Assembly (NCBI RefSeq): GCF_021869535.1 | Contig: NW_026262723.1 | Coordinates: forward strand, 95,232,001-95,296,000 | DNA length: 64,000 bases | From: Mytilus californianus | Lineage: Eukaryota | Direction of reading: 5' to 3' | Part shown: positions 53,164-64,000 of the stretch, piece by piece | How the letters are laid out: every line of letters starts with the position of its first letter | How positions within the stretch are numbered: the first letter of the stretch is position 1 | The notes under the pieces: model-generated | What the model was told of the DNA's origin: nothing | Database searches by the model: none | The model's input: the letters and a program-made list of their open reading frames with translations, nothing else | Position numbers and translations under genes: made by a program

Positions 53164-53729
53164 TACTGTTCCTTGACCTTAATTGATTAATTTAGATATC
53201 AGTTCTGTCCAGTATCCACAAAAGTCCATAATAAATTCGGATTAATATGAAAAATTAACTTCTTTTTGCAGATTAAAAAGAGTGAGCATACATATTCATG
53301 TAATTAACATTGTGTATATCGCAATCATAAATAAATTCTGCAAAACAAGAAATCAAACGTAATCTAGATATACAAAGTAAATCGGTTATAAATTGTTACC
53401 AGAATGGAAACAACATTAAAAGTAACATGCTAGATTAGGTGGTAAAATCTGCACTTGTTTGCTTTTTAAAAGTAAATTTGGATCCTAAATTAACACTGTT
53501 GATGTTATAAAAGATAATGTTTGTCAGCACACTGTCTTTAGATTTTTCTTTAGATTTTGAAAGTTAGATATGTGAGTGTTCCACAACACAAAAGAGCTTG
53601 TCCTAGATGCTCAAGATAGGAAGTTGAAGTTGAGTGACATTTTCTTCTGAATTGTACTACATTTAATAAGGAATAGAAATTATTATGTGTACTAATAAGT
53701 CTTGTTTGTTGCGTCCAATGCACTTTTCT

Positions 53730-53935
53730 GGATTTGTCTTCTTGACGCTTTTAACCTCCAAAAATTGATGGCAAGGATGTATGACAACTAAGCACGTGAA
53801 TACTGTATGATGAGAGGGGCCCTTTAGGTCATATTGCTTTTCACGTATCTCGTTTTTTTAACACCCTTGGCTTTCAAATTTTTGGCTTGAGCGTTCCTGG
53901 TGAATGTTAATCCAGAAAAGCACTTCGGACATTTT
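53730..53935 (+). mobile_element. Second retrozyme-like family (F) with degenerate HHR at 53890-53931
   Basis: GCGTTC-CTGGTGA-atgttaatcca-GAAA-A(GCAC)T-TC-GGACAT. Confidence 0.6.
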
Positions 53936-54169
53936 TAAAGATTACTAAGTTACATTGCTTATAAACATACTAAACATGGATCAAAGACTTAAACTGCCAG
54001 GTTGCACAGAATATATATAAAAAAACTGTATGATGTAAATATGGGGAAAATAACTTAAGTTCCTAGTCTAGAAAAATGGAGAAAAATTCCTCAAACAATA
54101 CCATTATAGTAGATGCCCAACTTTAATTTTGTGCATTTTTTAAGGGATCTAGGCTGAACTGTAAAAGAA

Positions 54170-54303
54170 GTCGTTAGTTTTCATATGTTATTTTTTGCGT
54201 ACTGTTTGTTTTTTTGTCGTTCATGTTTTCTTGCCATGGCATTATCAGTTTGATTTCGACTTAGGAGTTTGAATATCCCTTTGGTATCTTTCGCATCTCT
54301 TTT
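54170..54303 (+). mobile_element. Family C tail copy
   Basis: ttgccatggcattatcagtttgatttcgacttaggagtttgaatatccctttggtatctttcg. Confidence 0.8.
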
Positions 54304-54799
54304 ACACATATTGTAAACTTTGCTAATATTAATGTTCATTCACTGTACATGTATCAATTCTATAATTTCTTGAGAAAAAAACCTAAACATATAATTATTT
54401 TTGTTTGTTTGGCCTAATCATACATTTTGCGATCGCAATACGGGTGCACAATAATGGAATAAATTTTTTTAACAGTATTGAGGTTAAAAAACCAACAAGA
54501 TATAGATAAAATAATCTTTTATTTCAAGTGTCAAAACGTACATTTTGCTATGAATTAAATTTGACATATGACAAGTTTATCCGAATAACACACGATATGA
54601 CATAAACAGTTTTAAGCACTAAATACTAGAAATAATGATAATAATCAATGATTTAAGAATTGACATTTGAAGCAATAATACGCATATTCATGAATGCCAT
54701 GATAAATGATGTTCAGCGCTAACATAAAGGTGATAAAATTGATCAAATAATATGTTGAAATGATGATTTACAGCAATTACCATTTAAAAAGACTAAATC

Positions 54800-55420
54800 T
54801 TTAGTTGTCTTTGTCTTATGATGACCAAACGTTTCCAACAGTTTGATGAACTTTTTATTTTTATCAATCTTTTCTTTAAGCTCCTTCTTTCCAAGGCTCA
54901 TAGCATTTGAATGAATTGTTAATGGACATAGCTGTTACAGCTGCTTTATCCTCAACATAAACATTGTCTTTTTCTTCTTCATCTGTGTTTCAAGAACCGC
55001 CCCTTCCTATATTGATATTATATTTCTATCGCGCTTGACAATATGTCTAGGTTCTGTAGATGGGATGTGAACAGCTCTCTTATCATGATTCACGGAGTGC
55101 TGACGCCACAAGACCGTTGCTGCATCTTTTGCCATTGTTATTCCTTTGATAAGACTAGTTGATACATATTGGATGACATTGGTAGCCTATGATTCTGAGT
55201 CATCTGATTCAGCCTTTATAATGCAGAATGTCGTTATTTCTGGTGACCTTATTTTGTTTTTATGTTCTTTGTAGATAGTCAGTTATTGTTTTAATTGGTC
55301 TTGTGTTAGCACAGATGTTTACTGCACCTAACTGTTCAGTACACCAAGTCTTGAATAATTGTTGCCTGTTGACTGTGGTGCGGATTCTGTCGATAACTGA
55401 CATTTGCTTAGGAAAGTAAA
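54800..55420 (-). pseudogene. Decayed coding-like relic, identity unknown
   Basis: Joinable frames MSVIDRIRTTVNRQQLFKTWCTEQ../IYKEHKNKIRSPE..*ATNVIQYVST..KRAVHIPSTEPRH../DEEEKDNVYVEDK; few stops for AT-rich DNA. Confidence 0.4.
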
Positions 55421-55463
55421 GATGATATACAAGCCACAATAAGATCTTATTAAATGAAGACAA

Positions 55464-55657
55464 TATAAATAAGATGTGGTGAGTGCCAATGAGACAACTC
55501 TCCATCCAAGTCACAATGTATAAAAAGTAAACAATTATAGGTCAAAGTACGGCCTTCAACACGGAGCCTTGGCTCACACCAAACAGCAAGCTATAAAGGG
55601 CCCCAAAATGAGTAGTGTAAAACAATTCAAACAGGAAAACCAACGGTCTAATCTTTA
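55464..55657 (-). mobile_element. Family A 3' portion
   Basis: agatgtggtgagtgccaatgagacaactctccatccaag...gaaaaccaacggtctaatc. Confidence 0.9.
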
Positions 55658-56031
55658 TGAAAAGTATGGTTATTGTTGTATTTATTGCCATCATTCGGAC
55701 AAATCTGTTGTGAAACAAGTTATTTTATTCATAGAAGAAATTCATTTATTGATTTGGGTCAAATATTTGATTAGCAAATTAAGAATTTTCAGAGAATTAC
55801 CTATAACATGAAAGTAATTCGACAGTTATTTAATAATAAACATGATTAAAGTTTTCCCCAACATCATGTCTTATATACCTGAATAGTTTTTTTTTTGTGT
55901 AAGACAGATAATACATATCTTCATTTGATATACATAATGTCAATGAATATTGCAAAACCTGTTATTCGAATAAAACCTAAACTGAAGTTGAATATGTTCC
56001 ATTTTCTGCCTTTTTAACTTTTTTGATTCGA

Positions 56032-56075
56032 GCGTCACTGACGAGACTTTTGTAGACAAAACGCGCGTCTGGCGC
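56032..56075 (+). ncRNA. Type I hammerhead, probably inactive (GAAA->AAAA), in family E fragment 56005-56110
   Basis: GCGTCA-CTGACGA-GAC..GAC-AAAA-C(GCGC)G-TC-TGGCGC. Confidence 0.75.
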
Positions 56076-57032
56076 ACAAAGTTTTAATCCTGGTATCTAT
56101 GAATACTTTATTCTGTATAGTAATGCCCCATATATAATTACCAAAGACATGGATTTATTTATCTAAAACTGAATGAAAACGTTAATAAAAAAATACGCAC
56201 AAAAACTTGGAACAAAGAATGGCCACCACATGTTTTTTTTGGTCTTCAATTCTTGGTAATATACTTCTATAATAAATACTTAAAATAGCCTTCCAAGACG
56301 TCATAATTATTTGGACTAGCAAAATGCCTGTTCTTTGACTGTTCAAGTTCAAAAGCTTTATTTATAAACGAATATTTGTATACAGAAAACATGCGCTCTA
56401 TTGAGCTTTAATCTCGTCTTATTACAAACAAAACATTTAAAACAAGCAACGTTTAAAACAAACAAGCATACAAAGCACCAAGCATACAGAGCACAAAAGG
56501 GTTGATTTTTTTTATAAAGAATTGCAATACATTTTTGAATAGGAACTAGGTTTTAAGTACAATTTAAAGTTCCAAAGTCAAAAACAACGAATTGACAGGT
56601 ATATACGGAATGTTGTCAGATTACAGAGAAAAGTATTCAGACAATGCATTATATGCGAGCTGATGATTGGTATTGTGGAATTATACCATGATTGTGTACA
56701 CATAAGTTTATACTCTTACGAATTCATTGAGGATTGCAGATTCCGGCTAAGAAAGAAAAAGGAAAAAAATATAAATTACTATACAAATTAATGAAACAAT
56801 ACTACTCAATATTTTCTAAAATAGGTACATAAAGTATGACGCAGGTTTCTTCAAAAGTGATGATTTTCTATAAATTGTTTGAAATTTCACAGTGATATCA
56901 TACTTTAACTATGTTTAAACCTGCTTTTTTACTTTTGACTTTAATTATTTATCCCTTGTAATTTTTCATTAACTGTGTATTTGCATTCAGGTGTCACAGG
57001 TCAAATTTATTCGTTCATTGTGTGTTAATTTA

Positions 57033-57443
57033 CGTTTTTTGATTGAGTTAAGCCTTCCAATTGATATTTTATAGTGTGTTTTTCTATGTTGTTTGTTATA
57101 CTATTGTTTCAGAAAAGGGAGAAGGTTTGGTACCATTAAAACGTTTAATCCCGCTGCAAATGTTTGCACCTGTCCTAAGTCAGGAATCTGATTACAGTAG
57201 TTGTCGTCTGTTTATGTAGTTCATACGTGTTTCTCGTTTTTATATAAATTATACCGTTGGTTTTTCCGTTTGAATGGTTTTACACTAGTAATTTTTTGGG
57301 GCCCTTTATAGCTTGCTGTTCGGTGTGAGCCAATGCTCCGTGTTGAAGGCCGTACCTTGACCTATAATGGTTTACTTTTATAAATTGTAACTTGGATGGA
57401 AAGTTGTCTCATTGGCACTCATACCACATCTTCCTATATCTAT
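57033..57443 (+). mobile_element. Family A long copy
   Basis: Inverted near-duplicate of 41072-41480. Confidence 0.92.
57109..57191 (+). ncRNA. Twister ribozyme fold, P5-type permutation (family A)
   Basis: TCAGA..GGGA-GAA-GG..T^AA-TCCC-GC-T[GCAAA-tg-TTTGC]A-CCTG-TCCTAAGT-CAGG-AA-TCTGA; predicted cleavage 57146/57147. Confidence 0.85.
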
Positions 57444-57750
57444 TATGTAGCTCCAGACGATGTTTTGCAAGCAATGGTTCATCTTTGCCGAGTTAAGTCT
57501 TTCTATGTTAGACTTCAATATTTACGCTTGGTATTATGTGAAAATCCCAAATCCTCTTTTTTTAATAATTGGGCCATCTCGCCTCTTCATGTCAGGCAAA
57601 TCTAATACACAAACTCTATTTGTATCTTTTGGGTTATTAATTATCATTCGCCAATGACTTTTAGCATTTGTTCCCATTTGTGCATTCCAAAACAAAACAT
57701 TATGAAATAGTTGAGTTGTTACGTAGTTCATGGTGAAGGTAAATCTAGAA

Positions 57751-58202
57751 AAAAGTAAAATAACAAAAATACCAAACTCCAAGGAAAATTTAAAACTGAA
57801 AGTCCCTTATCAAATGTCAAAATCAAAATCTCAAACACATCAAACGAATGGAAAATAACTGTCATATTCCTGACTTGGTACAAGCATTTCCTTATGTAGA
57901 TAATAGTGCATTAAACCTGGTTTTATAGCTAGATGAACCTCTCACTTGTATGACAGTCGCATAAAATTCCATTATATTGACAACAATGTGTGAACAAAAC
58001 AAACAGACATAATAGGTAAAAATGTCAAAAATAGGGGTACAGCAGTCAACATTGTGTTATAATCTTAATCACTATAAAAAAAACCAACAAAATGGAATAT
58101 AGAAAAAGCACATAACCAAAAATGAAAAACAAGAATACAAAAAATGACCATAGCACAATAACACAATGGCTGGATGTATAAGTACCGAGCCACGCCAAAA
58201 GG
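57751..58202 (-). mobile_element. Family G element inserted into a family F hammerhead
   Basis: Flanks rejoin to gaaggtaaatctagaaaa|gagcttcggacgc; contains twister-like core 57859-57956 with 8-bp P5 CTGTCATA/TATGACAG. Confidence 0.8.
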
Positions 58203-59755
58203 AAAAGAGCTTCGGACGCACCAAATTTATAAATTTTGATTTTCATTTATGTTCGATGGTGACAATATTCACGAGCTGAAGAATTAAGTTCTTCAACTTT
58301 ATGATACTGTATGCATATATTCATCAAATTTAATTTACTTTAAATCTTATATCGTTTTAAAGTAAGTTACACGTTTTGAAAATCAAAAATTAAAAACATT
58401 TTGAATGGCAGTAATTAAGGGATATGCGGACAGGTGAAAAGGATTAAAATATCGTATAAATGTTGACCAAATTTGTATACATGGAGTCACTACTTTTTAA
58501 GTTTTCAACAAATACAAAAAGATAATTATGAAGTAATGAAGTACCTGCTGAACACTAGTTAAATAGAGATTTTCCTGCTGTGTTTATGCCACAACAGTAA
58601 TCTTCTTTTCTCAATGAAGAAGTCAGAGATCCAGGAAATACAGAAGTTAAGTCGCGTGTTTCATTCGTATAATATAAACAAATTCCGAGGACAACACAAA
58701 ATAATTATTTATTCGTATTTTCTCTAATTTTTACCCAATTTGAACTTTTCTTGACCGGTTGATTCTTTTTTTTTTATATTTAACGAGGGCTTAGTTTGAT
58801 CTCAGTTCTTCATTGTTCGATTTGAACTTTTCCCGACAAGTTGATAATTTTTTTATTAACAACTTGTAGTTCGTATGATTGCAGTTTTTCATTGGTTAAA
58901 TTCAATTATGACGTCTTCTGACTTTGCTAATGTGACTTCACGAAAAAGCTCTTTTATGTGAAGGTCGGCAAATGGATTCAACGCGCACTTGTGTTGATAG
59001 TCAATACTCACAGTTTATCAAGACATATGTTTCTGGTTTATGTATGCAGATCTATAAAGTTGGATAAGCCGGTTATATAAGAATGGAGAGGTTTAAGGTA
59101 AGTATGTTGATTATCTTTTTTCTTTTGATGCTATAAACATTGGAATAAATAAAAAAATCCGCGAAACGTGCTTCAGGAAAGATTTCCTAGCAGACAACAC
59201 ATTTTAAGATGGATTCTGTTGCCGGTACAGGAACAACAGATATTATGGCATTGTTTATAACAGTTTCCAGGGGAACTTTTGCTAGGTGGAACAAATATAT
59301 GTTGACATCACCAGAGATTGGCACCACCATTTAATGGCCATATATTAAAATATTGAAATAGCATACAGCTCTCATCAAGCAACCAACATTTTCTTGTACT
59401 GGCATATTCCTTTGGCATGTTTGGTTTCAATTTTATGTCATTTTGATATGACCGTCGAACATCATGATATACTAATGACTTTATTTAATGAGACTGACTC
59501 ATTACATGTAGCATTCACTAATCTACCTTGAGGACAACTTTAGGCCCTCACATAAAACATACTTGTAGAATAAAGACATACATTTTTATTAATCCAATCA
59601 GGGTGACCTAAATAAGAGAGTACAATCATTCATAACATTAACTAAATTAACAGATTCCTAAATAACAAGAATTATTTTTATATATGAATATCAAACATAA
59701 TAGAGCAGAAAAAAGCAACTAACTACAAATTTAGTTCAATAAAATTAATAATCTA

Positions 59756-61316
59756 TATAAAATAAGGAGATGAGGTATGATTGCCAATGAGACAACTATC
59801 CACCAAAGTTCAAATAAAGTGGATGTAAGCAATTATAGACAATCGTATGGCCTTCAACAATGAGAAAAAACCCATACCGTATAGTCAGTTATAAAAGGCC
59901 CCGACATAAAAAATATGAAACGATTCAATTGAGAAAACTAACGGCCTAATATATAACAAAACAATTAACGAAAATGTGACAGACATGAACCAACGACAAC
60001 CACTGAACTACAGGTTCCTGGTTTGGGACAGGCACATAAAGAATGGGGAGGGGTTAAACATGTTTGAGTGCCCAACCCTCCCCTATCATGGGACATTGGT
60101 GTAACAGCACAACATAAGAACAAACTATAAAAATCAGTTGAAAAAGGCTTAAAGCATCAGATACAAAGCAGAAATACTTCAAACATACAGACTGGACGTG
60201 GCAGGGTATTTATCCATCCCTCATCCTTAACAACAAAAGGACACTAAGTACAGATCTGAGAGTACTCGCAGTTTTTGAAAGCTAGTTCAAAGCCAATAAC
60301 AACTAATAAAAAAACAACCAATAAAAAAAATCATGTATCTAAGACTAAAATATCAATCAGTACACATCCAACAAACAATGGATTTAATGTAAAGACGTCA
60401 TTAACAGTCAGAGAAAAACATGACCTTGTGCAATGCAAAAAATAAAGGTATCGACAGATTGTAGTACCGTTAAAGTGCATATGTGTATAACAAAACTATT
60501 TAGTATGATTTTAATTTACTGATAACAAAATCAATATTTATACCAATAAAACAATATTCCAAGATCTAATTACGGTGTTGAATTGGTAACCTCTTAGAAT
60601 AAGTTTATTTAAAGGATTGATAAGTTTACCCGGATCGTATATACATTTCCGGGCTCGATAAACAACATCACCGTAAAATTTAGGATGTGCTATTCCGTTT
60701 GAAATAAGTTTTTTACAGGTACAGCCAAACTTGCAAACCAAATCTTTGTATCTATGGAAGAATTTAGTAGAGGTTTCGAGTAATTTGTGGTAACGAAATT
60801 TAGTAGAGGTTTCGAGTAATTTGTGGTAACGAAATTTAGTAGAGGTTTCGAGTAATTTGTGGTAACGAAATCCCTAACTTAATAATTTACCAGTAATACA
60901 TAGATTACGCTCTTTCAAATCCAAAACGTCACTACAGACACGGGCATAACGAACGAGTTGGGATATATAAACACCGTAAGATGGTGCCAGAGGAACATCT
61001 TCGTCCAAAAAGGAAAATTTACAATAGGGAAAGAAAAATCATCCCTTTTGTCGTAGAATTTAGTGTAGATTTTCTGGTGTAAAACTGAAATATCTAAGTT
61101 TAGGAAAGGATACTTAATGCTGTTACTATTTGATTTATTTAAAGTAAGTTGATGTGGGTAAATTTCGTCAGTATATTTAGAGAATTCTTGATTATTTAAC
61201 GAAAAAATATCATCAAGATAACGGTAAGCGTTGTTGAATTTATCAATTAAATGGAAATTAGAAGGGTCTTTACTGAGTTTGGCCATAAACTGTGATTCAT
61301 AACAGTACAGGAACAA
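59756..61316 (-). mobile_element. 5'-truncated Naiad-type PLE: RT C-terminal half (61316-60538) plus about 780-nt 3' region with twister core (about 60093-60009)
   Basis: AYRYLDDIFSLNN, FYDKRDDFSFPIVNFPF, HPKFYGDVVY; stop at 60538, then sequence continuing to a family-A-type terminus at 59756. Confidence 0.85.
60761..60870. repeat. 36-bp tandem triplication inside the PLE RT
   Basis: aatttagtagaggtttcgagtaatttgtggtaacga at 60761, 60797, 60833. Confidence 0.97.
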
Positions 61317-62599
61317 GTCTGCTATCTAGTGTCAGTACAAGTATTACAATTTTTGAACACCTAATACAAACTTTTTTTCGAAATAAAGTTAAATTAGTCA
61401 AATTTATTAGGAAGAAATTAAAATAATTTAGAAGTCAAAATTAAAAAAAGGAAAGTTTTTATACGGCCAATGTCGGCAGGTTGAAGTTCATTTTGATCAA
61501 TTTTTTTATAATATAAATATTAAACAAGAAGATGTGGTATGGCAACTCTCCACCAGAGACCAAAATGACATATAGAATGTCTACTTTATTATTTTTTGAT
61601 AGATAAATCTTCTAAAAGGCCATCCATTAAAAATTTGCGTTACATTCTTTAAATAGTCAATATTGTGCCGAATTTGTCACTTAAAACTTAAAACTTTAAA
61701 TGACACAAAAATGTCTGGATTTTTCTAAATTTAGCAAGTGTTAAATTGTTAATTGTACGAGAATTATGTTCAAAAAAATTTTCTATGACACAATAGAGAG
61801 AAAATGTCCATAATTTCCCTCATTTCTACTTGTGTGTAAAATAAAGAATTTATTACAACAGTGAAATATTGAATAAGGGAATATTCACCAATTTTTCATC
61901 CTGTGTTTTTTCAAATTAAAATTGTATGTACAGCTTGCACAATAATCAAGTGGGGCAAAGTAATGGTGTCTTATGGATCACAAGTCTGCTGCCAATAATA
62001 ATGCATGCGTGTTATAATTTCGTTAAATTTTTGTTTTCATACCTTTTTGGCATGGAAGCTCATTTTATATCCTTATTTCTTTTCAGATTTTAAGTGTTAC
62101 ATCAGACGCCGCAATTTGCGGACTAGATACAGGCTATGATTCTTTAGGTCTGAAAAATATTCTCATTTTAAAACAACAATTTTCTATAAAGGACATTATC
62201 AACTTTTGATTAAAGAAAGCTGTAAATTTAAAGGTTATTTTTACCTTAGCTTTGGTGATCACATGTATAATTATTATTAAGTTACAACAAAATGGAAATA
62301 ATTAAAACATAGCATCTGAAAATGAAAAATATTTTATTATTATTCATTATTATTCTCAGTACTTGCAAAGATTACTTTAAATAAATTTGAAGTGTTTTTT
62401 TTTTGTCCTTTCTGATATCATGACAGAAATGGCAAAAAGATAAAGAAATTGTTTACTATTGAAGTTGGATATAAAAATATGAAATCATAATATGAATATG
62501 TATATATATATTTCATTCAAATTTGAATAAAATTTTATTTTGTTTTAATAGATAAAGGATATGGTTACGATGCTGTTGTCGGGTCATAATTAGAGATTG

Positions 62600-63295
62600 C
62601 ATATTTTGGCTTTGCTATTGATTCACTTGTGGGGTCTTTGCGTCGGAGTTAAACACATTTATTCTAAAACCAGTTGTTGGCATGACACGGGTTGTGTTCT
62701 TCTCGTGTATTTTATGATGGTATAATACTAAACCCCTGGCGGGAGGGAGTGTGCCTGATATTCAATTGATGAAGACATAATCTTTCAATCAGTTTAATTG
62801 AGGTCTGGAGCTGGCATGTCAGTAACTGCTAGTAGTCTGTTGTTATTTATGTATTATTGTCATTTTGTTTGTTTTCTTCTGTTTCCTATTCTGACACCGG
62901 ACTCGGACTTCTCTTAAACTGAGTTTTACTGTGCGTACTGTTGTGCATTTGTTTTTTTCTACATTGGCTAGAGGTATAGGGGGAGGGTTGAGATCTCAAA
63001 AAACATGTTTAACCCCGCCGCATGTTTGCGCCTGTCCCAAGTCAGGAGCCTCTGGCCTTTGTTAGTCTTGTATAATTTTTAATTTTAGTTTCTTGTGTAT
63101 AATTTTGAGTTTAGTATGACGTCCATTATCACTGAACTAGTATACATACTTGTTAAGGGGCCAGCTGAAGGACGCCTCCGGGTGCGGGAGTTTTTCGCTG
63201 CATTGAAGACCCATTGGTGGCCTTCGGCTGTTGTCGCTCTATGGTCGGGTTGTTGTCTCTTTGACACATTCCCCATTTCCATTCTCAATTTTAAA
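62600..63295 (+). mobile_element. Family B long copy (probable 3' region of a PLE subfamily)
   Basis: Ends in the same terminus that is fused to RT at 30409-30502; contains twister core. Confidence 0.85.
62967..63056 (+). ncRNA. Twister ribozyme fold, P5-type permutation (family B), best copy
   Basis: GCTAGAGG-TATA-GGGG-GAG-GG..T^AA-CCCC-GC-C[GCA-tgtt-TGC]G-CCTG-TCCCAAGT-CAGG-AG-CCTCTGGC; predicted cleavage 63010/63011. Confidence 0.9.
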
Positions 63296-64000
63296 TATCA
63301 CATGCCATAAAAATATTGTCCAGGAATATCATTATTCCCATCAACAGTTCCCATAATTATTTGGTGACTTTGAATGTCACAAATAATTAAGTTTAATTGG
63401 TAATGGTAATCACATTGACACAACTATATGCACAAATGACATTTTTCAGCAAAACCAAAGAAAATAAAAATCCAGGATTCCAAGTAAGTATAACCACACC
63501 TCCTTACTTTCATATAGTAATATGAAGCTCATTCTGCTCATGGATGCAGTTAGAATCTGCTTGGTGATGGCAATGTAAAGTGTCGTAAATGTTTTGTTGT
63601 TTGGTTGTGGCACCTTTAAATAATATCAGGATATACAAAATGCCAAAAAAAAAATCCCTTGTCAGTAAAATGCAGAAATTAAAAGCAATATTTTCAAAAT
63701 ATCTTCCATCTTACATTTTTTATGACTATGAAGAAGTGTCTGCCCAAATTTATTGATTAATTCAATTAGTACATTGCAGTATTTTTTGTATCATGCATTT
63801 TTGTTTCAGAAACTGTAAGATTTTGATATGCACCAAAGATAAATTACAGGACTTCTGCAGTAACCTCGCATCCGCAAAATGTATGTCCTTTGTACATGTG
63901 TTTAGATTACGAGTCAAAATACTAAGTGTCTTTCTATCATACAAGTTGATGTAAGTGTGCATTCGCCTTTCTGAGTACAACCCAACATTCCAAAGGAAAG

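Noticed and set aside
63085-63310. ORFs 63085-63288 and 63095-63310 (also 16501-17028, 25776-25996, 40112-40381, 55569-55811)
   Set aside because: Translations of non-coding repeat tails (families A, B, C) that recur across copies
63522-63578. Signal-peptide-like MKLILLMDAVRICLVMAM
   Set aside because: Stops after 18 codons; the nearby GTAAGT donor would give only a 34-nt intron

Overview
AT-rich eukaryotic DNA dominated by repeats. The repeat families resemble those I know from mussel (Mytilus-type bivalve) genomes; this is an inference. I cannot confidently call any intact protein-coding gene. Most ORF-track entries are TE fragments or chance ORFs. Main content: several decayed Penelope-like (Naiad-type) RT fragments and their 3' tails, a decayed APE-RT-CCHC LINE, a Sola-like DNA-transposase relic with an intron, SINE/HINE/MITE copies, and tandem arrays (21/105/525-bp hierarchy, 78, 147, 23, 36 and 109 bp). 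The standout signal is three classes of self-cleaving-ribozyme folds in the repeats. (1) Permuted (P5-type) twister cores with base-pair covariation occur in at least three repeat subfamilies; one copy lies in sequence contiguous with the 3' end of a Naiad-type RT ORF. (2) Minimal type I hammerheads occur in retrozyme-like repeats, including a 365-nt monomer bracketed by two hammerheads. (3) An HDV-like fold sits at the 5' end of an RTE-type element. All folds were derived by eye and need covariance-model searches and cleavage assays.
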